Assembly: GCF_031769215.1 (NCBI RefSeq)
Contig: NW_026782036.1
Coordinates: 1,054,001-1,118,000 of the forward strand
Source: Ylistrum balloti
Lineage: Eukaryota
Direction: 5' to 3'
DNA: 64,000 bases
Position numbers and translations under genes: made by a program. Positions 51,160-64,000 of the stretch are shown here, piece after piece (the first letter of the stretch is position 1; every line of letters begins with the position of its first letter). The notes under the pieces are model-generated. The model made no database searches, had not been told where the DNA came from, and saw only the letters and a program-made list of their open reading frames with translations.

Positions 51160-52140
51160 TGCACTGTTTATCGTCCTGTCAGTTAACAAGGTCCCTCAGT
51201 GTTTACACTGTATTGTTTATTGTCCTGTGAATTAACAAGGTCCCTCTGTGTTTATACTGTACTGTTTATCGTCCTGTCAGTTAACAAGGTCCCTAAGTGT
51301 TTATACTGTACTGTGTATTGTCCTCTCAGTTAACAAGGTCCCTCTGTGTTGATGCTGTACTGTTTATTGTCCTGTGAATTAACAAGGTCCCTCAGTGTTT
51401 ACACTATACTGTTTATTGTTCTGTGAATTAACAAGGTCCCTCTGTGTTTATACTGTACTGTTTATTGTCCTGTGAATTAACAGGGTCCCTCAGTGTTTAT
51501 ACTGTACTGTTTATTGTCTTGTGAATTAACAAGGTCCCTCTGTGTTGACGCTGTACTGTTTATTGTCCTATGAATTAACAAGGTCCCTCTGTGTTGATGC
51601 TGTACTGTGTATTGTCCGGTGTATTAAAAAGGCCCCTGTATTTATACTGTCCTGTTTATTGTCCTGTGAATTAACAAGGTCCCTCTGTGTTTATACTGTA
51701 CTGTTTATTGTCCTGTGAATTAACAAGGTCCCTCAGTGTTTATACTGTACTGTTTATTGTCCTGTGAATTAACAGGGTCCCTCTGTGTTTATACTGTACT
51801 GTTTATTGTCCTGTGAATTAACAGGGTCCCTCAGTGTTTATACTGTACTGTTTATTGTCCTGTGAATTAACAAGGTCCCTCAGTGTGTATACTGTACTGT
51901 TTATTGTCCTGTGAATTAACAAGGTCCCTCTGTGTTTACACTATACTGTTTATTATCCTGTGAATTAACAAGGTCCCTCTGTGTTTACACTATACTGTTT
52001 ATTGTCCTGTGAATTAACAAGGTCCCTGTGTGTTGATACTGTACTGTTTATTGTCCTGTGAATTAACAGGGTCCCTCAGTGTTTATACTGTACTGTTTAT
52101 TGTCCTGTGAATTAACAAGGTCCCTCTGTGTTGACACTGT
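51160..52140. repeat. Satellite, 49-bp unit GTCCTGTGAATTAACAAGGTCCCTCTGTGTTTATACTGTACTGTTTATT, ~20 copies
   Basis: Period read from 51661 and 51710. Confidence 0.97.
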
Positions 52141-52239
52141 AGGTTATTTTCCCTATATGCTGCTGCTGTGTTAAGAATGTCTTTCTCCCTTTGTTTGGAT
52201 ACTGCGTCTCCGTTGTATTGATTTTCCTCTATATATTAA

Positions 52240-55200
52240 TATTGTGGTAGATTTTGTCCCTGTGTGTTGATATTGTGGTAGATTTTGTCTCTGTGTGTTG
52301 ATATTGTGGTAGATTTTGTCTCTGTGTGTTGATATTGTGGTAGGTTTTGTCCCTGTGTATTGATATTGTGGTAGATGTTATCTCAACGTGAGGATATGGT
52401 GGTCTCTTTTATCTCAATGTGACGATATTGTGGTATATTTTGTCTCGGTGTGTTGATATTGTGGTATATTTTGTCTCTCAATGTGATGATATTGTGGTAT
52501 ATTTTGTCTCTGTGTGTTGATATTGTGGTATATTTTGTCTCTGTGTGTTGATATTGTGGTATATTGTGTCTCAATGTGTTGATATTGTGGTATATTTTGT
52601 CTCTGTGTGTTGATATTTTGGTATATTTTGTCTCGGTGTGTTGATATTGTGGTATATTGTGTCTCAATGTGTTGATATTGTGGTATATTGTGTCTCAATG
52701 TGTTGATATTGTGGTATATTTTGTCTCAATGTGTTGATATTGTGGTATATTTTGTCACTGTGTTTTGATATTGTGGTATATTTTGTCTCTGTGTATTGAT
52801 ATTGAGGTATATTTTGTCTCTGTGTGTTGATATTGTGGTATATTTTGTCACTCTGTGTTGATATTTTGGTAGATTTTGTCTCTGTTTGTTGATATTGTGG
52901 TAGATTTTGTCTCTGTGTATTGATATTGTGGTAGATTTTGTCTCTGTGTGTTGATATTGTGGTAGATTTTGTCTCTGTGTATTGATATTGTGGTAGATTT
53001 TGTCTCTGTGTATTGATATTGTGGTAGATTTTGTCTCTGTGTGTTGATATTGTGGTAGGTTTTGTCACTGTGTTGATATTGTGGTATATGTTATCTCTGT
53101 GTGTTGATATTGTGGTAGATTTTGTCTGTGTGTGTTGATATTGTGGTATATTTTGTCTCTGTGTGTTGATATTGTGGTATATTTTGTCTCTCAATGTGAT
53201 GATATTGTGGTATATTTTGTCTCTCAATGTGTTGATATTGTGGTATATTTTGTCTCCGTTTGATGATATTGTGGTATATTTTGTCTCTGTTTGATGATAT
53301 TGTGGTATATTTTGTCTCAATGTGTTGATATTGTGGTATATTTTGTCTCAATGTGTTGATATTGTGGTATATTTTGTCTCAATGTGTTGATATTGTGGTA
53401 TATTTTGTCTCAATGTGTTGATATTGTGGTATATTTTGTCTCAATGTGTTGATATTGTGGTATATTTTGTCTCAATGTGTTGATATTGTGGTATATTTTG
53501 TCTCAATGTGTTGATATTGTGGTATATTGTGTCTCAATGAGATGATATTGTGGTATATTGTGTCTCAATGTGTTGATATTGTGGTATATTTTGTCTCTCT
53601 GTGTTGATATTGTGGAATATATTGTCTCTGTGTGTTGATATTGCGGTATATTTTGTCACTCTGTGTTGATATTGTGGTATATTTTGTCTCTGTTTGATGA
53701 TATTGTGGTATATTTTGTCTGTGTGTGTTGATATTGTGGTATATTTTGTCTTCGTCTGATGATATTGTGGTATATTTTGTCTCTATGTGTTGATATTGTG
53801 GTATATTTTGTCCATGTGTATTCATATTGTGGTATATTTTGTCTCTCTGTGTTGATATTGTGGTATATTTTGTCTCTGTGTGTTGATATTGCGGTATATT
53901 TTGTCTCTGTGTATTGATATTGTGGTATATTTTGTCTCTGTGTTTTGATATTGTGGTATATTGTGTCTCAATGTGTTGATATTGTGGTATATTTTGTCTC
54001 TGTGTATTGATATTGTGGTATATTTTGTCTCAATGTGTTGATGATATTGTGGTATATTTTGTCTCAATATGTTGATATTGTGGTGTATTTTTTCCCTGTG
54101 TGTTGATATTGTTGTATATTTTGTCTCTGTGTATTGATATTGTGGTATATTTTGTCTCAATGTGTTGATGATATTGTGGTATATTTTATCTCAATTTGTT
54201 GATGTTGTGGTATATTTTGTCCATGTGTATTGATATTGTAGTATATTTTGTTTGTGTTATTGATATTGTGGTATTTTTTGTCTCAATGTGTTGATGATAT
54301 GGTGGTCACTTTTATCTCAAAGTGATGATATTGTGGTATTTTTTGTCTCAATGTGTTGATGATATGGTGGTCTCTGTTATCTCAAAGTGATGATATTGTG
54401 GTATTTTTTGTCCCTGTGTGTTGATATTGTGATATATTTTGTCTCTGTGTTTTGATATTGTGGTATATTGTGTCTCTATTTGACGATATTGTGGTATATG
54501 TTGTCTCTGTGTGTTGATATTGTGGTATATATTGTCTCTGTTTGACGATATTGTGGTAGATGTTGTCTCACTGTGTTGATATTGTGGTATATGTTATCTC
54601 TGTGTGTTGATATTGTGGTATATTTTGTCTCTCAATGTGATGATATTGTGGTATATTTTGTCTCTGTGTGTTGATATTGTGGTATTTTTTGTCCCTGTGT
54701 GTTGATATTGTGATATATTTTGTCTCTGTCTGATGATATTGTGGTAGATTTTGTCTGTGTGTGTTGATATTGTGGTATATTTTGTCTCTGTGTGTTGATA
54801 TTGTGGTATATTTTGTCTCTCAATGTGATGATATTGTGGTATATTTTGTCTCTGTGTGTTGATATTGTGGTATTTTTTGTCCCTGTGTGTTGATATTGTG
54901 ATATATTTTGTCTCTGTCTGATGATATTGTGGTATATTTTGTCTCTGTGTGTTGATATTGTGGTATTTTTTGTCCCTGTGTGTTGATATTGTGGTATATT
55001 TTGTCCCCGTCTGATGATATTGTGGTATATTTTGTCTCTGTGTGTTGATATTGTGGTATATTTTGTCCCCGTCTGATGATATTGTGGTATATGTTGTCTC
55101 TTTGTGTTGATATTGTGGTATATTTTGTCACTGTGTGTTGATATTGTTGTATATTTTGTCTCTGTGTGTTGATATTGTGGTATATTTTGTCCCCGTCTGA

Positions 55201-55878
55201 TGATATTGTGGTATATTTTGTCTCTGTGTGTTGATATTGTGGTATTTTTGTCCCTGTGTGTTGATATTGTGATATATTTTGTCTCTGTCTGATGATATTG
55301 TGGTATATTTTGTCTCTGTGTGTTGATATTGTGGTATATGTTGTCTCTGTGTGTTGATATTGTGGTATATTTTGTCCCCGTCTGATGATATTGTGGTATA
55401 TTTTGTCTCTGTGTGTTGATATTGTGGTATATTTTGTCCCCGTCTGATGATATTGTGGTATATTTTGTCTCTGTCTGATGATATTGTGGTATATTTTGTC
55501 AACGTGTGTTGATATTGTGGTATATTTTGTCCATTTGTATTGGTATTGTAGTATATTTTATCTCAATGTGTTGATATTGTTGTATTTTTTGTTTCGATGT
55601 GTTGATATTGTGGTATATTTTGTCTCCGTCTGATGATATTGTGGTATATTTTGTCTCTGTGTTGATATTGTGGTATATTTTGTCAACGTGTGTTGATATT
55701 GTGGTATATTTTATCTCAATGTGTTGATGTTGCGGTATATTTTGTCCATGTGTATTCATATTGTGGTATATTTTGTCTCTGTGTATTGATATTGTGGTGT
55801 ATTTTGTCTTTGTCTGATGATACTGTGGTATATTTCGTCACTGTGTGTTGATATTGTGGTATATTTTGTCTCTGTGTC
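52240..55878. repeat. Satellite, ~31-bp unit GTGTGTTGATATTGTGGTATATTTTGTCTCT, ~115 copies
   Basis: Read directly. ORFs 52383-55971 are repeat translations. Confidence 0.97.
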
Positions 55879-58800
55879 CATTTGTCCCCATCTACTGATG
55901 TTTTGGCACAAATTGTACCTTTCTACTGATGTTTTGACATATTTTGTCCCTCTCTGCTGATGTTTTGGCACAATTTGTCAATATCTACTGTTGTTTGTAT
56001 ATTTTGGCACAATTTGTCCATATTGTGTTTTATATTTTGCACAATTTGATATCTGCTGGTATATTATGTTTTGGCACTATTTGTTCCTATCTACTGATGT
56101 TGTGACATATTTTGTCCCTATCTATTGATGTTTTGGCACAATTTACCCATATCTACTTATGTTTGGCACAGTTTCTCCCTTTCTACTGATGTTTTGGCAC
56201 AATTTGTCCCTATCTACTGATGCACAATTTATTTTGGCATATTTTGACATATTTTGTCTCCTATTGGCACAATTTGACTGATGTTTTGGCATATTTTTCT
56301 CCCTATCTACTGATGTTTTGGCACAATTTGTCCCTCTCTGATGTTGTGATTTGTCAATATCTAATGTTTTGGAACAATTTGTATTTTTGCACAATTTTGT
56401 ATCCTATTGTTTTGCTATATGTTACTTGGCACAATTTGTCCTATCTACTGATGTTTGACATATTTTGTCTTATGTTTTGGCACAATTTGTCCATATCTAT
56501 TGATATTTTTGGCACAATTTGCCCATATCTACTGATGTTTTGGCACAATTTTTCCCTATCTACTGATGTTTTGGCACAATTTGTCTCTATCTACTGATGT
56601 TTTGGCATATTTTCTCCCTTTCTACTGATGTTTTGGCACAATTTGTCCATATACTGATGTGATTTGCACAAATTCTCCCTTTCTACTGATGTTTTGGCAC
56701 AATTTGTCCATATCTACTGATGTTGTGATATTTTGTCAATATCTACTGATGTTTTGGAACAATTTGTCCCTATCTACTGATTTTTTTGCACAATTTGTCC
56801 ATATCTCTATGATTTTGGCATATTTGTCCCATATCTGTCTGATGTTTTATATGATCATATTTGTCCCATATCTACTGATGTTTTGGAACAATTTGTCTAC
56901 TGATGTTTTGGCACAATTTGTCAATATCTACTGATGTTTTGGCACTGACTGTATATTTTTTTTGTCCCATATACTGATGTTTTGACACAAATTGTACCTT
57001 TCTACTGATGTTGTGACATATTTTGTCCCTCTCTGCTGATGATGTGGCACAATTTGTCAATATCTTCTGATGTTTTGGCATATTTTCTCCCTTTCTACTG
57101 ATGTTTTGGCACAATTTGCCCATATCTACTGATGTTTTGGCACAAATTGTACCTTTCTACTGATGTTGTGACATATTTTGTCCCTCTCTGCTGATGTTTT
57201 GGCACAATTTGTCAATATCTACTGTTGTTTTGGCACAATTTGTCCATATCTATTGATATTTTTGGCACAATTTGTCCCTATCTGCTTATTTTTTTGGCAC
57301 AATTTGTCCCTATCTACTGATGTTGTGATATATTTTGTCAATATCTACTGATGTTTTGGAACAATTTGTCCCTATCTACTGATTTTTTTGCACAATTTGT
57401 CCATATCTACTGATGTTCTGACATATTTTGTCCCTATCTGCTGATGTTTTCGCACAATTTGTCCCATATACTGATGTTTTGGCACAAATTGTACCTTTCT
57501 ACTGATGTTTTGGCACCATTTGTCCCTATCTACTGATGTTTTGGCACCATTTGTCCCTATCTACTGATGTTCTGACATATTTTGTCCCTATCTGCTGATG
57601 TTTTGGCACAATTTGTCCATATCTACTGATTTTTTGGCACAATTTGTCCCTATCTACTGATGTTCTGACATATTTTGTCCCTATCTGCTTATGTTTTGGC
57701 ACAATTTGTCCCTATCTACTGATGTTGTGACATATTTTGTCCCAATCTACTGATGTCTTGGCACAATTTGCCCATATCTACTGATGTTTTGGTACAAATT
57801 GTCCCTATCTGCTAATGTTTTATTTGTCCCTATCTGTTGATTTTTTTGGCACAATTTGTCCCTATCTACTGATGTGACATATTTTGTCCTTCTCTGCTGA
57901 TGTTTTGGCACAATTTGTCCCCTTTCTACTGATATCTACTGATGTTTTGGCACAATTTGTGTATCCTATCTTTTGATGTTTATCTGTTGATGTTTTGGCA
58001 CAATTTGTCCATATCTACTGATGTTTTGGCACCATTTGTCCCTATCTACTGATGTTTTGGCACCATTTGTCCCTATCTACTGATGTTTTGGCACTATTTG
58101 TCCCTATCTACTGATGTTTTGGCACAATTTGTCCCATATCCTGATGTTATCTACAATTTGTCCCATATCTACTGATGTTTTGGCATATTTGTCCCTTTCT
58201 ACTGATGTTTTGGCACAATTTGTCCCTATCTACCGATGTTGTGATATATTTTGTCCCTATCTACTGATGTTTTTGCACAATTTGTCCATATCTACTGATG
58301 TTTTGGCACCATTTGTCCCTATCTACTGATGTTTTGGCACCATTTGTCCCTATCTACTGATGTTTTGGCACCATTTGTCCCTATCTACTGATGTTTTGGC
58401 ACCATTTGTCCCTATCTACTGATGTTTTGGCACCATTTTTCCCTATCTACTGATGTTTTGGAACAATTTGTCCCTATCTACTGATTTTTCGGCACAATTT
58501 GTCCATATCTACTGATGTTCTGACATATTTTGTCCCTATCTGTTGATGTTTTGGCACAATTTGCCCATATCTACTGATGTTTTGGCACAATTTGTCCCTA
58601 TCTGCTGATGTTTTGGCACAATTTGTCCCTATCTACTGATGTTGTGACATATTTTGTCCCTATCTATTGATGTTTTGGCACAATTTACCCATATCTACTG
58701 ATTTTTTGGCACAATGTTACTGATGTTGTGACATATTTTGTCCCAATCTACTGATGTCTTGGCACAATTTGCCCATATCTACTGATGTTTTGGTACAAAT

Positions 58801-60695
58801 TGTCCCTATCTGCTAATGTTTTTGCACATTTTGTCCATATCTACTGATGTTGGTGACATATTTTGTCCATATCTACTGATGTTTTGGCACAATTTGGCCC
58901 CATGTGCTAATGTTTTGGCACAATTTCTCCCTATCTACTGATGTTGTGACATATTTTTTGTCCATATCTGCTGATGTTTTGGCACAATTTGTCCCATATA
59001 CTGATGTTTTGCCACAAATTGTACCTTTCTACTGTTGTTGTGACATATTTTGTCCCTCTCTGCTGATGTTTTGGCACAATATGTCAATATCTGCTAATGT
59101 TTTGGCACAATTTGTCCATATCTATTGATATTTTTGGCACAATTTGTCCCTATCTGCTTATATTTTGGCACCATTTGTCCCTATCTACTGATGTTGTGAC
59201 ATATTTTGTCCCTATCTGTTGATGTTTTGGCACAATTTGCCCATATCTACTGATGTTTTGGCACAATTTGTCCATATCTACTGATTTTTGGCACAATTTG
59301 TCCCTATCTGCTTATATTTTGGCACCATTTGTCCCTATCTACTGATGTTGTGACATATTTTGTCCATATCTACTGATGTTTTGGCACAATTTGTCCCTAT
59401 CTACTGATGTTGTGACATATTTTGTCCCTATCTACTGATGTTTTGGCACAATTTGCCCATATCTACTGATGTTTTGGCACAATTTGTCCATATCTACTGA
59501 TGTTTTGGTACAATTTGTCCCTATCTACTGATGTTCTGACATATTTTGTCCCTATCTGCTTATGTTTTGGCACAATTTGTCCCTATCTACCGATGTTGTG
59601 ATATATTTTGTCCCTATCTACTGATGTTTTTGCACAATTTGTCCCTATGTACTGATGTTGTGATATATTTTGTCCCTATCTACTGATGTTTTTGCACAAT
59701 TTGTCCCTATCTACTGATGTTTTGGCACTATTTGTCCCTATCTACTGATGTTTTTGCACCATTTGTCCCTATCTACTGATGTTTTGGCACCGTTTGTCCA
59801 TATCTACTGATGTTTTGGCACCATTTGTCCATATCTACTGATGTTTTGGCACCATTTGTCCCTATCTACTGATGTTTTGGCACCATTTGTCCATATCTAC
59901 TGATGTTTTGGCACCATTTGTCCCTATCTACTGATGTTTTGGCACCATTTGTCCCTATCTACTGATGTTTTGGCACCATTTGTCCCTATCTACTGATGTT
60001 TTGACACCATTTGTCCATATCTACTGATGTTTTGGCACCATTTGTCCCTATCTACTGATGTTTTGGCACCATTTGTCCCTATCTACTGATGTTTTGGCAC
60101 CATTTGTCCCTATCTACTGATGTTTTGGCACCATTTGTCCCTATCTACTGATGTTTTGGCACCATTTGTCCCTATATACTGATGTTTTGGCACCATTTGT
60201 CCCTATATACTGATGTTTTGGCACCATTTGTCCATATCTACTGATGTTTTGGCACCATTTGTCCCTTTCTACTGATGTTTTGGCACCATTTGTCCCAATC
60301 TACTGATGTTTTGGCACCATTTGTCCCTATCTACTGATGTTTTGGCACCATTTGTCCCTATATACTGATGTTTTGGCACCATTTGTCCATATCTACTGAT
60401 GTTTTGGCACCATTTGTCCCTATCTACTGATGTTTTGGCACCATTTGTCCCTATCTACTGATGTTTTGGCACCATTTGTCCCTATATACTGATGTTTTGG
60501 CACCATTTGTCCATATCTACTGATGTTTTGGCACCATTTGTCCCTATCTACTGATGTTTTGGCACCATTTGTCCCTATATACTGATGTTTTGGCACCATT
60601 TGTCCCTATATACTGATGTTTTGGCACCATTTGTCCATATCTACTGATGTTTTGGCACCATTTGTCCCTATCTACTGATGTTGTGGCATATTTTG
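55879..60695. repeat. Satellite, 31-bp unit TATCTACTGATGTTTTGGCAC(A/C)ATTTGTCCC, ~150 copies, heterogeneous on the left and homogenised on the right
   Basis: Period read from 60061 and 60092. The variant TGATGTTGTGACATATTTTGTCCC is interspersed. Confidence 0.97.
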
Positions 60696-61244
60696 TTAGT
60701 GCTGTATTAATGTGTATTTTGATTCTATTCTCCCCCTAAACATTTGTTTGTGTCTTCACCAATGCCTTGGTAACTGATACCAGGAAGCACAAGCAGAAGT
60801 TCGCGTACAGAACTAACTAGAACCTCACACAGTTGATTAATTAATCAGTTCAAATGCTTGCCAAACACATAATTACGTTAATCGTTCTCATTCCGGTATC
60901 GATCCCGTGTTTAAAATTCACGATAATCACCGGTACTTAAATACACAATTAGATCCTGGTTTAACAAGATATATCATAATCATTTTTTTCCCGGAATAGT
61001 TAATTTGGCAGTGTGTCTTCGGTAATTAACACGGGTTTAGACAGATCGAACAAAGCTGGTAACCTTAACAAATTTCCATAGTAACCAAACTGAATTAAAT
61101 CTTCGCGGTAAAACACTGTGATTAATATCAAACTTTATTTCACTTTCAGTGTAAGATTCGATCAATGGAAATGTTTTATTTTCTAAAGCTACTATTGAAC
61201 AAACCCTGCTAATACATTGTCTGGGCGTTTTACAAGGCACGTTG

Positions 61245-62430
61245 TCCCGTCCTAGGACTAATACAAGCAAAACAAACAGAGTAACCAGTCCTAGGACAAG
61301 CACGAGCAATACAAACTGTGTACCCTGTCCTAGGACAAGAACGAGCAATACAAACTGTGTACCCTGTCCTAGGACAAGAACGAGCAATACAAACTGTGTA
61401 CCCTGTCCTAGGACAAGAACGAACAATACAAACTGTGTACCCTGTCCTAGGACAAGAACGAACAATACAAACTGTGTACCCTGTCCTAGGACTAATACAA
61501 GCAATACACAGTGTGTACCCTGCCCTAGGACAAGCACGAGCAATACAAACTGTGTACCCTGTCCTAGGACAAGAACGAGCAATACAAACTGTGTAATCTG
61601 TCCTAGGACAAGAACGAACAATACAAACTGTGTACCCTGTCCTAGGACTAATACAAGCAATACACAGTGTGTACCCTGCCCTAGGACAAGCACGAGCAAT
61701 ACAAACTGTGTACCCTGTCCTAGGACAAGCACGAGCAATACAAACTGTGTACCCTGTCCTAGGACAAGCACGAGCAATACAAACTGTGTACCCTGTCCTA
61801 GGACAAGCACGACCAAAACAAACTGTGTACCCTGTCCTAGGACAGGCAAGAGCAATACAAACTGTGTACCCTGCCCTAGGACAAACACGAGCAATACAAA
61901 CTGTGTACCCTGTCCTAGGACAAACACGAGCAATACAAACTGTGTACCCTGTCCTAGGACAGGCAAGAGCAATACAAACTGTGTACCCTGTCCTAGGACA
62001 GGCAAGAGCAATACAAACTGTGTACCCTGCCCTAGGACAAACACGAGCAATACAAACTGTGTACCCTGCCCTAGGACAAACACGAGCAATACAAACTGTG
62101 TACCCTGCCCTAGGACAAACACGAGCAATACAAACTGTGTACCCTGTCCTAGGACAAACACGAGCAATACAAACCGTGTACCCTGTCCTAGGACAAGCAC
62201 GAGCAATACAAACTGTGTACCCTGTCCTAGGATACAAACGAGCAATACAAACTGTGTACCCTGTCCTAGGACAAGAACGAGCAATACAAACTGTGTACCC
62301 TGTCCTAGGACAAGCACGACCAAAACAAACAGTGTACCCTGTCCTAAGACTAGATCAGATGACAAGAAGAGTAAACCCAGTTATGGTCGTGAAAAAAGAC
62401 AGTTCAAACAGTATGCCCAGTCCTAGGACA
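61245..62430. repeat. Satellite, 39-bp unit TGTGTACCCTGTCCTAGGACAAG(A/C)ACGAGCAATACAAAC, ~30 copies, containing the palindrome GTCCTAGGAC
   Basis: Period read from 61321 and 61360. The 39-bp (13-codon) period explains the long stop-free ORFs on both strands. Confidence 0.97.
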
Positions 62431-63200
62431 TGAAAAAACAGTTCAAACATTACACCCTGTCCTTAGTCGTGAAAAAGACAGTACAAACAGTATACCCAGC
62501 CATATATCATAAAAAGGCGGTTCAAACAGTATACCCAGCCATAAATCATTAAAAGACAGTGCAAACAGTATACCCAGTTCTAGGTCGGAGACAGGCAATA
62601 CAAACAGTATGCCCAGTCCTAGGTCGGAGACAGGCAATACAAACAGTATACCTAGTCATAGGTCGGACACAGGCAATACAAACAGTATGCCCAGTCCTAG
62701 GTCGGACACAGGCAATACAAACAGTATACCCAGCCATATGACGGCGACAGGCAATACAAACAGTATACCCAGCCATAGGTCGGTGACAGGCAATACAAAC
62801 AGTATACCCAGCCATATGACGGCGACAGGCAATACAAAAAAGATACCCAGTCATAGGTCGGTGACAGGCAATACAAACAGTATACCCAGCCATAGGTCGG
62901 ACACAGGCAATACAAAAAGTATACCCAGCCATAGGTCGGTGACAGGCAATACAAACAGTATACCCAGCCATATGTCGGAGACAGGCAATACAAACAGTAT
63001 ACCCAGTCATAGGTCGGACACAAGCAATACAAACAGTATACCCAGTCATAGGTCGGACACAGGCAATACAAACAGTATGCCCAGCCATAGGTCGGACACA
63101 GGCAATACAAACAGTATACCCAGTCATAGGTCGGACACAAGCAATACAAACAGTATACCCAGTCATAGGTCGGACACAGGCAATACAAACAGTATGCCCA
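62431..63200. repeat. Satellite, 39-bp unit ACAGTATACCCAGTCATAGGTCGGACACAGGCAATACAA, with degenerate transitional units at 62431-62560
   Basis: 13-aa periodicity in ORF 62609-63274. Shares CAATACAAAC.GT..ACCC.G.C.TAGG with the preceding array. Confidence 0.95.
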
Positions 63201-64000
63201 ATGATACGTTGGGAGGATTGGAACGGGCAACACTAAGTCCTTTAGGACGATTTCAAACAATACAAACAGCATAGCCATCCCTAGATAACACGTGATACAA
63301 ACACCATATCCCGTCATAGAATACAAGTGCGAAATCGCAATGAATGTCTAGCGTTAGTTTATAAATAGAAATTCACAATGAACATTGTCAACAGTTAGTT
63401 ACAAAAAGATGACTTAGGTTTGCTAGACGTTTTCTGTATATTTCAATGACTTTCGTCAGGTGTTTCCCTTTTAAATACCTAATAATTTTCATTTATACAA
63501 AAAGTTGACGATTAATCATTTTAAATTCCTACACCCGATTTTATTCTATACTAAATATGCTTGTAACAGATGATGTGTATCTTCTACATGTATTTTCTAA
63601 AATTCCTAGGAGATCGTGTATTTGTGAATACTACATGAAGCATGTGTTGTTGTTGTTTTGTGTAAACGTCCAACTTAAACAAACCAAATACCAAGTTGTT
63701 GTTGTTTTGTAATCCAAGTTTACTCTTCTCACATTCATTTTCATTATTTATACAAAGATTGCGACAGTGCATTAAACTATCTCAGTATACTTATTTCTGT
63801 CTAGGGACTTGTCGACAAAATACCCAAGGAGTACTCGATGTGATACTTGACCTTTATTGTCTAATTCTCTATAAAAGCTGACGCCTCTAGTCATTTTTGC
63901 TCTTGTTAAAATATTGCTATAAATAATCATCGAACTTCAACTGTCGTATTTCTCCTCTTACCAGATCACTTTTAAACATTTAAACTCCTGTGACAATATG

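Noticed and set aside
61037-63326. Long Cys-, Val- or Thr-rich ORFs (200-442 aa) on both strands, resembling keratin-associated or mucin proteins
   Set aside because: Open in several frames and both strands because of the 39-bp period. There is no signal peptide, splice context or unique flanking coding sequence, so they are not annotated as CDS.

Overview
AT-rich animal genomic DNA with GT-AG spliced genes, not a prokaryotic window. The gene content points to a mollusc or other lophotrochozoan, probably a bivalve (inference). Left to right: the first seven coding exons of an SLC5/SGLT-type sodium:solute symporter (minus strand, running off the left edge through a 30-bp satellite); a cluster of seven two-exon secreted C1q-domain (C1qDC) genes, including a tandemly duplicated head-to-head pair sharing a ~176-bp promoter and one mucin-stalked member; an intronless FMRFamide-receptor-like class A GPCR; a three-exon PAN/apple + C-type lectin gene; an intronless FoxQ2-type forkhead gene; and a ~13-kb block of six juxtaposed satellite arrays. 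Interspersed are decayed Penelope-like retroelements (PLEs) of two types and a small repeat family carrying a minimal type I hammerhead ribozyme fold. The most notable observations are a 41-bp satellite that appears to have arisen from a PLE reverse-transcriptase coding motif, the hammerhead family, and the paired C1qDC genes with a bidirectional promoter and dibasic sites at the exon junction. All exon boundaries, translations and identity estimates were read by hand. Family names rest on recognised motifs, not database searches.
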